Part shown: in pieces, positions 35,964 to 49,900 of the stretch | Position numbering within the stretch: the stretch's first letter is position 1 | Layout of the letters: the number at the start of each line of letters is the position of its first letter | Assembly (NCBI GenBank): GCA_030141605.1 | Contig: JAQGDQ010000025.1 | Coordinates: 292,907-356,906, forward strand | DNA from: Tubiluchus corallicola | Taxonomy: Eukaryota; Animalia; Priapulida | Length of the DNA: 64,000 bases | Direction of reading: 5' to 3' | Notes under the pieces: generated by a model | Database searches by the model: none | What the model saw: the letters and a program-made list of their open reading frames with translations, nothing else | Told to the model about the DNA's origin: nothing | Made by a program: the position numbers and the translations under genes

Positions 35964-36809
35964 CAGCTCGCCCTAGTACTGCTACTTTTATATCTGGCAT
36001 TGTTGTTTATGTTATAGGTAGGTCCTATAATCTGATTATACAGACGAAAAAATAGCTAATGTTAAAAACCCATTTTCCGTAACCGTAGAATCGACATAGA
36101 CACACTTAACTAAACTTCTTAAAACGAATGCACGGTTACGGCTTCTTTTATACGGTAATAAGCTCAAAATATGGGATTTACTCACGACCGCAAATTGACG
36201 ATAATGTCACAAGAACATGAATTCTTTCAGAAAATTGACGCATGCAATAAGGGAAACCTTTCTTGTGAATAAACCCTTTATAGCAGGGAAGGATTTTATG
36301 CACTTTACAATATTAAGGGTAATAATACGACAGAGTGCACACATTCTTGATAACATCGCCATGAAAACCCTCAAATATATTTTGAACTTTTATAAGCCTT
36401 GTTACTGCAAAACTGCAGCTTGATACAAAACATCATGCACTCGTTTAGAATATACATGTATGGAATTACTAAGTCTTAAGAACTGCAGCAATGGCGGTGT
36501 GCATATTGGCTGGCAGTTAACAATTTTTTTAATTAGATTATGACTGTGAATGGAAGAAATTAATAAACCATTGCAGTTTATATTATAGTTGACGATAATG
36601 TTACAAGAACATTGTTGATGCGTGCAGAACAAACAGATTAGCGGCAAGATTAATATTAAGTTTTGTAGTTAGATGAACTAGTTTATTAACTTCTGGCGTT
36701 CACATTCATAATCTAACTAATAATCTTAAAAGTGTTTGCCACTGTTCTTACTTATACACAGATATAACACAAAAAGTTGGACAATAACATGGGTTTTGAG
36801 AACAGCCAA

Positions 36810-37305
36810 GTTTAGAAAGAAAAGTGTTCAGAATACAGATAGCAACAGAAGGAAAAGTGTTCAGAATACACGTAGCTTCAGAAGGAAAAGTGTTCAGAAT
36901 ACAGGTAGTTTCAGAACGAAAAGTGTTCAGAATATAAGTAGCTTCAGAACGAAAAGTGTTCAGAATACAGGTAGCTTCAGGATGAAAAGTGTTCACAATA
37001 CAGGTAGCTTCAAAAGGAAAAGTGTTCAGAATACAGGTATCTTCAAAAGGAAAAGTGTTCAGAAGACAGGTATCTTCAGAAGGAAAAGTGTCCAGATTCA
37101 GGATGAAAAATGTGCAGAATACAAGTAGCTTTAGAAGGAATAGTGTTCAGAATACAGGTATCTTCAAAAGGAAGTGTTCAGAATACAAGTATCTTCAAAA
37201 GGAAAAGTGTTCAGAAAACAGGTATCTTCAAAAGGAAGTGTTCAGAATACAAGTTTCTTCGAAGGGAAAAGTGTTCAGAAAACAGACAGTTCAGAAGGAA
37301 AAGTG
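36810..37305. repeat. 33-bp minisatellite, about 15 units
   Basis: Unit AAAAGTGTTCAGAATACAGGTAGCTTCAGAAGG; core spaced 33 bp apart, with some shortened units at the right. Confidence 0.95.
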
Positions 37306-37737
37306 GAGAATGAATAGTGAAATTTGTTGATCAAATCAAAATGCAATGTTACTGAGCGTTAATTAAGTCATTTAGTAAGACATTATATTATAATTACTGC
37401 TGTGCTGGATATGTAACTTGCAAGCATAAACAGGAACGACACCGTGACGTTGAATAACGCTTTTTATTTTCTTCAAAATAAACCTGGAATTCTGAATTAT
37501 GATATCATAAAGACAAAGAGCAATACTTTGCCTACTTCTTTCCTCTATTTTTCCTACCATATAACTTGATTTTTGTACATTCATCATAATTATTAACATA
37601 CCAGCTTATTTCTACCGCACTGTTTCTTCTGAAACGCCCTGAACAAGGTCAAGAACATGCGTCGTCAACTGATAATAAACTACATGTGTCCGCTTTGGTT
37701 AAGTCACGTGTTTAAAACTAAAAAATAGCATGTTTTT

Positions 37738-37797
37738 GGAGTGACTTTGAATCTAAAACCTCTCGCATGGAAAGCAGAAGTGTTACCTCTGATATAT
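37738..37797 (-). pseudogene. Decayed tRNA-like sequence (Gly-TCC-like arm), probably a SINE head
   Basis: Reverse complement CAGAGGTAACACTTCTGCTTTCCATGCGAGAGGTTTTAGATTCAAAG shows D-loop, anticodon-arm and T-loop remnants but no acceptor stem. Confidence 0.3.
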
Positions 37798-38947
37798 GAA
37801 ATATGCGAACAGTGTTGACTGTGAAACAAAAGTAAAAGAACCAACAGTAGGAACTAATCATGGGTGGTTTTTCGGTCTCTTTAATTCACTAAACCAACAG
37901 GACTTGCGGAAGCCATAAGAACTTCTGAAAAATGCATGTCCTGTTCGGAGCAGCGCAAACATGCGCTGTGAGCACCCCTTGTTGAAGCAAAGTCTAAGCA
38001 AAGGACAACATGATTCATTCGAATTTCTCTAATTAAGCTACTCTCATCAAGAGTATTAAAGTGACCAAAATGTAATGAACATAGAAAAGTTTTTTACCGG
38101 TTTTTTCGTATATGTTTCCAGAGCATTAAAAAAATTTGCAAGGCTGGAGTAAAAACTATTAACGTAATGACGGTACAAAAGCAAACGTTTACAATACCTT
38201 ATTTCATCTTTTACAAAAGCCTGATGTAATAAACTCATTTTTTGTTGTAATTTCGTAGTCGGATTTCACAAGGTGTAATTTGCGGCATGTATTTGCAACA
38301 GAATTTGCATCAAGGAATATTTCCTTTGCTCTGAAAAAGGAATTAGTTCGAAGTGCGCTTTTATTACGCGGATGAACACAACAAATACGAAAAGTAATTT
38401 GATAGAAATGGCGAATCGATACATTTCCTTAGCCAAGATACTTAATTGATTGGTAAATTCATATTAATAAAGTACGTAAACAAATACAGTGTCATTTATA
38501 CAAATTAATGTTGCTGTTGACTGTCCAATGCTCTTCACATTTTTGTTTAGGTGCAGTTTACATTAAAGAACGTCCCGTTTTTGGAGCCGCCATGCAAAAG
38601 AGGCGAAAATTGAGGCAGAACTTAAAGAATTAGGTTGTGATTTGCCTGGTAATCATTTCGCTAATAGTCGAACGTAATTAGATTAAATGCGAAGATAATT
38701 AAATCCTGCGTTGTAAGTAGAGACTTTATAACTCTCCTCTAAAAGCGGATATGCAAAATGTAATTAATAATAGCCAGGTAAATGTTGCGGATGCTGAGCA
38801 GAATCTAATAAGCTTTCAGCAGTAAAAAGCAAAAATTGAAAGCTATTATTCGTAAATGTTAATGATTATTCACCATGGCAACCGGAGGCTGATGTAGTCA
38901 TCTGTGAGAGTGACGAGTTGAAGACGAGTGTGAAAAAGAAGCAAAAG

Positions 38948-39365
38948 TAGATGATGACGACGGTGAGAATAACCACCATGATGATGATGATGATGATAAT
39001 GATGACGATAGCGCAACGACGACGACGACGACGATGATGATAATAATGGTGATGATGATGGTGCTGGTCACGATGATGATCATGATGACTAATTGTTTGT
39101 CTAAACATATTAACAAAAACGGTAAAACGCACAGAACAGAATAGAACAGAACAGAAGAAAACTGAACAGCTCAAAGGGAGCACATCAAATAAAATCAGAC
39201 CAGATCAGATAGAGAACCGATTGGAACGGAATACAATAGGATAAAGCAGGGCAGGACAGAACAGAATGGAACGGAATGGAATGGAGCGTAATGTAACAAG
39301 GCAGAACGGAAAGGAACGAAACGAAATGAAACGGAACATGATAGAACAAAACAGAACAGAACAGT
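38948..39365. repeat. (GAT/GAC)n microsatellite followed by a degenerate pentamer array (AGAAC/GGAAT)
   Basis: Seen directly; a similar pairing occurs at 40258..40525. Confidence 0.85.
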
Positions 39366-40257
39366 CTCCCTGTAGTTGACTCATTGCAGTCTTGTTGCAT
39401 CGAGTGCCTGCTTTTCACAATTAGCAGTCCAGTAAAATGGGCGAATGATTTAGTCATATGGATTTAGTATTTACCCCATGTAAAAGGCGTATTTTAACAG
39501 TTTTATTGCCAAAAAAATTAATCGAGCAATAAATTATTATTCGGGGTATATGGCGCCACCTACAATCGCAATTCTGCTCACGACGTTTAATTAAAACTGC
39601 GGCTATGACAGCTTGTTGTTTATTAAGGCGCATCCGCTGAGTGCATCAATCGGATTCCTCTTCAATTTCCTCAGTTACTATTAATGATAGTGTCCCATGT
39701 AGCTGACTTCCTCCCAATTCACTTAGCGCTCCAAAGATTCCCACTAATGAGCTACTTGCTTATAAATTGCGAATAATTTTCTTGTAATTTCCGTTGCGCT
39801 ACAAAGTGAACCGAAGTTTTGCATTGAAAATACCGCTAGGCGGCGTCTTGCTCTAACGCGTTCTTTTGCAAGAAGCACAAACATTTTATAGACTAAGCAG
39901 CCTGATTTCTCTCTGCAGAAATCTTCTTGACGGGTTAAATATCGAACTAACATCTTTAGAATCAAAACGGGAAAAGAATATGAGTGGGAAATGTTGCCGA
40001 AATTACATTATTCAAGTAGCAGAGGCTGCCTGTTCCCACCTGGATCCTGCCAAAAGTGAGAACAAGTTGATGTGAAAGTAGTTTTATACCGCCAGCCACC
40101 GTCCTGTTCTGTTCAGCAGGAATCATTTCCATAATTCGTAAAAATACATTGATTAACTTTAAGTTAAAATATTGTTATGAGAAGAACGTACAATACGTGT
40201 TTCTTTTATGTGCCGTTCTTACGTTTTATCGCAAATTTGCGATTATATGTTATTATA

Positions 40258-40525
40258 GATGATGATGATGATGATGATGATGATGATATTGGCGATGATG
40301 ATGATGACTATAAAAAATGTTGGTAGCTAAAGCTATAGACAAAACACACTAAACAGAACAAAACTGAACAGACCAGAGGGAGAGCAGAGAGAGCAAGATT
40401 TAATCAGACTAGAGCAAACGCACAACCGAATGGAACAGAAGAGAATGGACAGAGCGGAGCAGAACAGAATAGGATAAAGAAGTGCAGCAGAACAGAACGG
40501 AACGAAACCGAATGGAACGATATGG
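40258..40525. repeat. (GAT)n plus degenerate AGAAC pentamer array
   Basis: Seen directly. Confidence 0.8.
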
Positions 40526-43269
40526 ACATAATGGTGCAATATACGTGATTTTGTAAATGTGTATGTATATGTGAATATTGTGTGATTTTTCTAATTAATT
40601 TTAATGTAACCCGTTTTTTCTCTTAAATCTTATGTAGTACTGATGGCCTAACAGCATTACAAATGAACCTGTTTTACGTTTAAATATGAACGGGAAAGCG
40701 CTCACATGTTTTTAGTCCAATGTGAAAGATTTTACACTTACAGAACTTGTTCACCTGATCGCATTGACGACGATGATGAACTAAGATACACCGTGAAGAT
40801 AGTTCTTCATATTCCGTAATGGCGAAAGCTCACTTAGGTCAACTTAATTTCATTTAGTGCTTTGTGCTTTCACAGTGACCTATGTATAATGATTGTCATT
40901 GTGGGCTTACAGGATATTACTTACACTTACGCATACTCTTACACCTGGTTCACCGTGTGTTCAGCACGAAAGCTGTCTATTCAAAATATCAAAATAAGGC
41001 AAGATACTGGATAATGTGCAAGTAAACTGTAACGTTTTTCAGCATTTTCTCTTTGGTGCACGATTCAGTTGAATGTCTAATAAAGGATTATAACACAAGG
41101 TAAATTAAAAATATAATGATACACGTTCATAAATTTACTATTGATGATATTCTGTAACTCTTAAACAGAATAGGGAAACCATGTAATACTGTATGCTATC
41201 CCAGACTTTCCCTAAAATTCCGTAAGAAGTAAGTAAGGTTACTATTTAATGTTTTTAAACAAAGAAAAAAGTTGTATATCCTTTTATCTTTTCGTTTGAT
41301 CACATTTTCAATAAATGATAAATTTAGAATAACTGTCAATGTGCCTTGTGTGATTTATATGATATGAATCACATTATAAGGCTGCATTATTGCACTACGA
41401 CATGCGAGTGTATTGGAACCATCATATAATCATCATATGAGTGTATCATCTCAGTCCCGGCAATCCCAGCATGAACGTAGAACCGCACTGCTCTAATGAA
41501 AGGTAAAGCTATTAATACTTTACGCTCATTAAGCTGTTGTTATTGGGTTTCTTAGCTTCATATTACAGGGATTATTATTGCGTAATCAACGCGACATAAT
41601 CCTAATAATGTTCTTATTTTAAGCTTAGCTTACACAAAAGCGAAATTTAATAGTTTCCGTAAGAAATCGGTGCAACTGTGGAACGACTAAAAAAATTCGG
41701 TGTAAAAATTTGATGCTTTTGCGCCTGTTTTTTGCAAATGAAATTTAAAATCTCGAAATGCTCCTGAATGACTACCGCTTCGTATTAAGTACAAAGAAAT
41801 GTTTAGTTTCTAAACGGCGCTCAATGATTCTAAGTGCATACCGTGCGGGACAAGCTTGCTTCGTCTTTTTCTTCTTTCTCTTCTGCTTGATGCTGAGTGC
41901 TTTATCTAAAACTGTAAAGAACTGTTGCTTCAAATCTCCCAATGACTCACTAACCCCCTAAGAACTGATTGACAAGGCCGTTTAGCCTTATTTGGACCAC
42001 CTAATTTGAATAAAAACAGAAATAACAAAGAATAGAGTTTATACGCCATGCGAAATGCTCAGCGTTTTTTCTTATTAGTTTAGTTTAATTTAAGCTTTAT
42101 TTATTTATAGTGGATTTACTACGTCTGATACAGGTATCTCCAAGGTGTTAATAAAACAATAACAGGCATCACAACTAATATCACACTCAATTTGATAAAA
42201 CAATTGGGTCAATTACAATCCGGATATAATGATTAAATTTATACACTTGAATAATATAAGGACATCAGTAACAATAAAAATTCATTCACAAAGTAGGTTG
42301 GCTAGTTTTTCTTATTATCTGTATTGAATGTTACATTAAAGTTTCAAATTCTCATTGCCACAATCTCAAATAAAAAATTATTATCATCATCACAAGTATG
42401 TACATTAATCACCATTAATGATGTGCAGGCGATTCATTGTTACTTTATTTATAATGTGACAATTTCTTTTGATTTGATAATTCTAGCAATCAGCGGAAGG
42501 TTTTCTTTGTAAGTTTTTGATACGGATTATTACCTAGCAGCGGAACCGAACTCACAATTTTTTCGGGCAAAAAACAGGCAAGAGTTAACGCAAATCAAGG
42601 GAAAATAAATTCAAACGTAACATTAAAAGGAGCCATTTCACAATACGGTTTAACTGATACAGCGACCCAAGGTCCGTCGTGGACATTGTCTAAAGCAATG
42701 AAACCAGGTTAGCTGTCTGAACGTCGGAACAGGACGTCACAGTAACGCAGTAATATAGTTTTAATGTTGACTATGAAATGAAAGCTCTCACTTTGTCACA
42801 CTGAAGTTTGCACAATCATTGTTTCATACTTCATTTAAAATAACATGTCCCCGGTTTCTACTTCAGACAAAATTACTCTAGCCCCTAAGAACTTTTCTTA
42901 TTACTCGAACCATTGATAATGAGAAAAGCAAATCGCTGATCCTTGACGGGGTGTGTTTTCAGTAATTCTCCACTAAACCGAACTAATTACTTCGTTCAAT
43001 CGACACGGCTATTATTGAGTGCTTTGCTACACAAAAGATAAAAATCAAATGATTAATTAGTGTTTTGATGGCTCTTGAAAAGAATCTACCTGCGCAGCTT
43101 GAGGTGCTCATTAGCGGCTCAATAGATCTTTGTCAGGTAAATAAAATCCCTGTTTTCATAGAGATATTTTCCAACTCAATTCGTTGCCCAAATAAAAGCA
43201 GTCTGATAAATTGACTGCAGTTTAACCCTAATCTAAACCATTGGAGTTAATTAGCTCTGGCTACGAAAA

Positions 43270-43430
43270 TTGTTGTTGTTGCTGTTGTTGTCATCGTCGT
43301 CGTCGTCGTCGTCATTGTTGTTGTTGCTGCTGCTGCTGTTGTCACTGTCGTTGCCGCTGTCATTGTCGTTGTTGTAGTTGTTACTATTGGCGTATTGGTG
43401 TTGCTCTTCCTGTTGTTGTTGATGTTGTTG
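43270..43430. repeat. Compound (TTG/TCG/CTG)n microsatellite
   Basis: Seen directly. Confidence 0.92.
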
Positions 43431-43882
43431 CTTCCGTGACATTTCATTTAAGTGTATTTAAAAATTGGTGACGTGTACTTGACGCATAGTGTAGTGCAGT
43501 TATAAATCTCATGAATAATAAACTTCCTTGAGGGATTCCAACTCCACGTATCATCATGCAGAGACGCGTGCAGCTCATCTAAGTGACAGGTTATTAGCAG
43601 AGCGAAGATCACTTTATCGCCAATAGTGTTGACATGATTCATGTCCCTACCCTATGAATTCTTACTAAGGTTATTTTAGATGTGGGCCCCAAGAACGTGT
43701 CAACACTTTAGGAAACTTGATCATCATTTTGTTAGCTGACAAATAGTTTTAGTGACTGAGCTGGTTGTTGTGCAAAACACATGCGCCCCTATTGGCAAAA
43801 ATGGAAGCATCATTTAGGGACAAAGTTGGCTGTACGGCACGGTGCGAAATAAAAGTTCTTAAAACTTAAAAGTACATTACTG

Positions 43883-43957
43883 AATTACGGTACGGTACGA
43901 AATTAGGGTATGGTACGAAGTTACGGTATGGCACGAAATTACGGTATGGTACGAAAT
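43883..43957. repeat. 18-bp tandem repeat, about 4 copies (TACGGTATGGTACGAAAT)
   Basis: Seen directly; it produces the repeated NFVPYR peptide in a spurious ORF. Confidence 0.85.
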
Positions 43958-46900
43958 AAAAATTCTTAAAAATACGGTACTGAATTATGGTGTTTTTTCG
44001 TTTCTTTTCCGTACCTTTATCGCATCTTTCCGTACCATTTAAAACCCAATTTCTTGAAGTACCTTCATTGGTTAACAACAGTTACTCAACCTGACGACTT
44101 GTTTTTCTTATTTGGTGGATTTATACTAAGATTAGTTCGTTTTGGGCGCAAAGCGTCAAGTCCTTTAAAAGCTTCACTTGTCATTTCCCTTAAATTACGT
44201 CGAGTATTTTGCTTCCCACGTCTGACGCTTATTCATGTAGCGACAATATTTTAACTGCTATTTCTGACTGTTGTGTAGAAATATACTGCGCACCTCAAGT
44301 TACGCAGATTCTTTTGAACATGAACGTTTCGAAATGTACGTCACTAATGAGGAACGTTTAGAACTTTGTTTGTTTACGTAAAACAGTAACGATTTGATAA
44401 CTGCATACCACATGAGTAGAATGTTCGCTTTACTGATAAAAGAAATTCCAAACGAACAGGCCTAACGCATTAACTTACTTGGCCACAGTATTTAATAACT
44501 ATAGAAAGTACATTTTTTGTGTATTTTTATGTATACAAATATGCTACCTGCGGGTAAAATTGTAGGTTATGGAGTTCTCCGTTTTTCTATAAAAGTTGCA
44601 TATAACTTCTAGTATTAAGTAGGATTTAAAATAAATGGGTACTGTTCAATTGTTTAACTTAGCTTAAGTTCTTCATTAGAGCTCGGTTATCCTGGAGATA
44701 TTTCTTAATAACCTAATATTGGAACACAAACAACTATATATGCGTATTCCAAAGAAAAGCCTTGCATGTCCATTCTGGCACTGGCGGAATGTTCCTATCC
44801 AGCCTTATAAACGACAAAACTTCCAATTCGTTGTCCAGCATTGCCCTGGTTTCGTAATTAGTCTACAATTTTAGCCACTCTTAGCCCCTGACTCCTAAAA
44901 TTGTGTTGTTAAAAAAATTTTAACGCCAGGATTTAATACAACCAATATAAATATAACAATCAATATATCAACAAAAATGACAAAACAACAAAAAACGAAA
45001 CAACACGACATTTCAGCTCAACTGTATGCTATATTCCAATGACAGAAAAAATGAAAAGCATAATTACTAGATACTATTTAAGATTCAACAATTTATAATA
45101 TACTTAATCACAAATTAAACATAATCACTAACTAAGCACACAATAGAAAGTACCAGGTTTTTTCATTATGCATGAGGCTTTTTATTAATTATTCCTTTGC
45201 TACTTTCTTGGGGTTTTTCCTTTGATATTCTTTCTAATGTTTTTCAGGGATCTTTTTTCTTTCTGGATACCGATAATATTACACTGCTTCGAGTGACGTC
45301 AGCTTATGTTGCACCACTTACCTAATTGGCGTAAACAAACGTAAAAAGCTTCTATAGCTAATTTGATCTTACCTGACGTGATAGCTTTAATCAGCAAAGT
45401 GCAAATAACCCACAGCAGTTGTTGTGACAATAACCTGAATTTTCGAAGCAAAACAGCATTTCTTTCTACAAAAACTCTCATTTTTATCCTTGACTAAGGT
45501 CGAAGCATACAACTAGTCGCCATGTTTAAACTAATTTTGTCTGTGAAAGTATGTAATAATGTTTAATTTTAATGTGCATTGGAATATCATTATTGTGGAA
45601 TGAGTTTCAACTTTTTGATTCATAGCTTTGTTCATTTATTTTTGCAGGTGTATTATACAAACACATGCCGGGCTTAGAACAGAATAATAATATGAAGATA
45701 AATAATTAAATTAGAAATTCAAACATAAGTAACGAAATTTTAATGTGCGTTAAAGTGTCTGAGTATTTTCAGCAACTTAGATAATAATGATTATAATTAT
45801 TTAAAATACGAAAATATGACAATTTCAATGTGTTATTCAAATTCAGAAAAAAATCGTTTTCACATTTTTTTTATTATTAAAACATGTGTATATAAACAAA
45901 CTTTACAAACTAATAGCTGATCTAAATAGGAGTTATCAAAATTATTCCTAAAAGTGGTTATAGCTTACGTGTAATAATGTTGTCAATACATTTTTATATA
46001 AATAGAAAGTACCATTTTAAATCTCATAACATGTGCAGCTAAAATGTGAATTAAATGTTTATGCGCATCAACCTAATTTAAATTGAACAAAATTTTAAAT
46101 TGAGTTAATTGAAATATATAGGCTGTAAAGGAAATCAGGGGATTTGTTATATTTTTTTAAAATAACTTTTATTTTGTGTTTTTTATTCAACCCATATCAG
46201 AATTTTAAAACAGTATACATGTCATTGCATTTATGGTTTACTTGCAGATGTGGACTGGGAGAACGCCGCAAAACGCACGGGCCAAATAACGCTTAGTTAA
46301 TTTTTTATTTTGTCTTTTTAGATTCAGTCGCGAAAATCTGAATTATTGGCATCACTTGTTTTATCTGTTAGCTAATACAACTCACATGCATTTTCTAGCA
46401 GCAGAGAAAATTTTTCAATGTTTCGAGAATGCAATTTAAACATCGATAGTTTTAGGACAGAAAGATAAATGAAAAAAGGATCGTCCGCATAGCTCATCGT
46501 TGGAAAGGGCTTCTTAGTATTATCTCAACTAATGTAGACTCGTATAGTTAACACAGAGCCCGAACCAGCATATAAAGTACTGGACGTCAACAATGTAACC
46601 AGAGGCAGTATCGGTTACAGTCCATGTTGCTTTCCATATATCAAAAATGCAAACCATCACAACATCTAGAGGGGTGTCAGTTCTGAACTGATTTTTTTAA
46701 AAGTACGACGTCGAAATCAGCCGAGAGATGTATTAGCTCTACATAAACACATAGACTGTTTTTTCGGCACCTAATCCTAATTAACTATGCTTAACTAATT
46801 ACATAACTCCGGGCAAGGCAGTGTACTAAGGCCCCTACATACACAACCACTCGCATGAGTAAAAATGTAAATGGTCGATAAAATTAAACCTATATTTATT

Positions 46901-49900
46901 GTATTGATACTTCCAACAAAATCAGTGTTTAAACATTAAAAAAAATGCAGAACAGCAAAGATTAATCGACTCAAACGTTTGAACAATATAACACGATTCT
47001 TGAAAAACACAAAAAAATTTCACGAATGCCAATGTCCACTTGTAACAAATGTTTACAGTTTAGTACAGAATAATATTTATTTATCAATTGACTGTAAGTC
47101 ACAACATACTTAGATTAGCATGAGCCCCTATGCTCGTGGGGCCTCCGGGCAATTGCCCTGACAGTAGATTTGACTCCCTCTGTCCCACATTCGATGGGCT
47201 CTTGAGGTATAGGTAATTGTTGAAAAGGGGCGTTTAATTTGATGCAGAACTTGTTTCCTCATAAAACGTTCACAATTTCTTTTCATAAACGGCTTCAGAG
47301 GAAAATCAAATCAATCATAACTCCATTACAACAGCAATTCGTTGCTTTTTCACTGAAACTTTATCCTCTCTTGCAAAGATAGGTGAATTAATAGCCTCTC
47401 AAGAAAGACAGCAGTACATAATCCTCGTTGTAAGCAAGCAATTTTCTGATAATGCGTGGAAACTAACACAAATTCCTGCTGTTCAGATTATGTCTTATTA
47501 TGATTAGGAAAAAATTGCGGCTGTTTGCGTTCTTCCGCTGGGATTTCATAACAGCTCTGATTATTGCTTGATTCTTGCACTAACAGCTTCATAATTGGCT
47601 GTCTTTACAAGCATCCAACGCAATCAAAGACGAAGATGATAGAACTCACTTCTCAAATGATTTGCTAACCAATTAAGTTTGTAGCAAGGCGACGTTTCTT
47701 CTGAATTTTTCCTGTTGGGAAAAAATGTGGGATAATGAACAGTGTTAAAAGCATAATTTCAAAATTTTTGACACCAAAAAATGAATGTAAAAAGGTTGAA
47801 TAAAAATTGAGGTTTGAACCAAGGACCTTTGAGTTTTTTCATTATCATTTTTTTAATTGTAAAAGTAGTATAAGGCTTATATCTAGAAAGGGGTTTATAA
47901 GTACTTATATAAAGGAAATAGGTTGTAATATCCTAAAGGTTCTCAAGAACTAGAAGAGGAAACAATTTGTTACTTGGATATGCAAAAACACAGCGCTATT
48001 TCCATTATGGTCCATATGTGATGATCAGTTACTAAAAATAAAAATTTATTACATTAAATGAAAAATCAAGAAGTTAAGAAACGCATAACAAGTTCTCTTC
48101 GAGTGAGGCTATGGTTTTAGATGGCGAGGATATTCTGTCGTAGTGTGATTTATCAGTATTAGGTTTTTATAAGTCAAAAAATTCTCTTTTCGATAAAAAA
48201 ATTGAGAAACAGTGACATTACTGCACTATTTCTAAGTATTACACTTTATTTCACAATTACACAACATGTCATAATTATAAATAATATATGATTTTAATTT
48301 CAAGATCAGCAAATAACTTAAATTAGAAATTAAACAATTAAAAATTTGAATACCAACCGTAACTGAAAAAAACGATTTGGAACGATTAGAACAGACCATA
48401 GAAAATGAATGTCTGTATCTGCCAACACATCCTTCCGGCTCTCAGGTGCCAGGTTCGAGTCCAGGTTCAATATACTTAATTTCTGATATTTCCTTTTTTG
48501 CTTTTTAACCAAACAAAAATGTTTAAAAAAGAATTACAGTATCTCGACTTACTTACAGTAAATCAACAATGTTGACTAATTACAGTAACCAACAATGTGA
48601 TTTCGCACAGTATTTTCTAACCACGCTTGGCAACACGAATGATTATGGCGTCATCACTAAAATGATAGCAGGTAATGTACTTATTACATTCATTCTTTTC
48701 GCTCTGCTTAGAATCATTGGGCCATTATGTCTAACAAATCGAGGCGTAATGGCGCTAATAAGACATGATGTAGCAACCAGCCTATCATGTTGTCTCTCTA
48801 ATTAAGCATGCAAACAGCAGATAAGTGTCCCAACTGAATTCGCACGCGTCAGCGGCCTGACTGACACATCATTACCCATCAACATAAATTACAGATTATT
48901 TTCCACTCGGGTTTCAATCAATGATGGCTGATTTCTGCTGATAAACTTTCTACTGCTGAGTAGCTACCGGAGGAGCAAAAGTAATTAACATTAGTGCAAC
49001 TCACTGTGCATCAGACTCAATGAAAAATAATATCCCCATGTAGATAATGCAAGGCAAATACGTGGCAAATTATTATTGCATAGCCGGGAATAGGTGGGGG
49101 TTAGCTTTCATCTTCGCCACGTGCGACAGCAAATTAACATGCCTAATCCAGCTTAACAACTTTATTAAACCTGCACTTTGTCTACATGGCACCCCCGCAG
49201 AGTCATTCATTCGCACACGTGCTCTGATTTCCTCCCTGGTAAAAAATTAATAGACGTCAATTCTGGCTGTTTTGTCGCCGAATCGATGAATAGCTCACCA
49301 GCGTGAGACCCCACGAAGCCCCATACAAACAAGCAACATCGTCTGATTGAATTTCGCCCACTGCGGGTCATGCAATTTACCCGGGTCCGATTGTGGCGCA
49401 CATAGACAATAGCCGAAACCGCAGGTAAAGCCAAAAGATTTCCCATGCTGAATGTTGCGACTCACAGCTTGATAGCAGATATAGAAATGTACCGCGTGTC
49501 ACCTGTGTGACTTCTTAATAAACACAAGAATCTCCCAAACACTTATATGTTGTTCCCTGATGGGTGAAGCCGAGAAAATGGATTCTTATCGGATTGTCAT
49601 GTCTTGAAAGATTTTTAAAAATAATATTATTAGGTTTAGCTGTTTTATCTTTTCACGGTCTTTGCACTTCGCACTTCGCACTTCTTTCTGTCCCGCTTCT
49701 GGACTTTTTTCTGAAATTTTATTTGTTTCTCCGATTTTCAAGTTAACAAAAAAGTCCATCAATCTTCAAAGAACAGAACGTAACAAGGAATAGGTGAATA
49801 AAAACAGGAACAAATTAACGAACCAACAAAAACCAAGTAAATGAAGCAAATAAAGAAACAAAGGAAGAAAACTAGTGTGAATTTATGTAGGCCCTATAGA

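Noticed and set aside
36736-37330. ORFs with repeated RRKSVQNTGSF peptides, or a CRISPR-like array
   Set aside because: By-product of a 33-bp tandem repeat. There are no unique spacers or cas genes, and the context is eukaryotic.
48430-48470. tRNA gene suggested by the B box GGTTCGAGTCC
   Set aside because: No A box, acceptor stem or cloverleaf; at most a SINE fragment.
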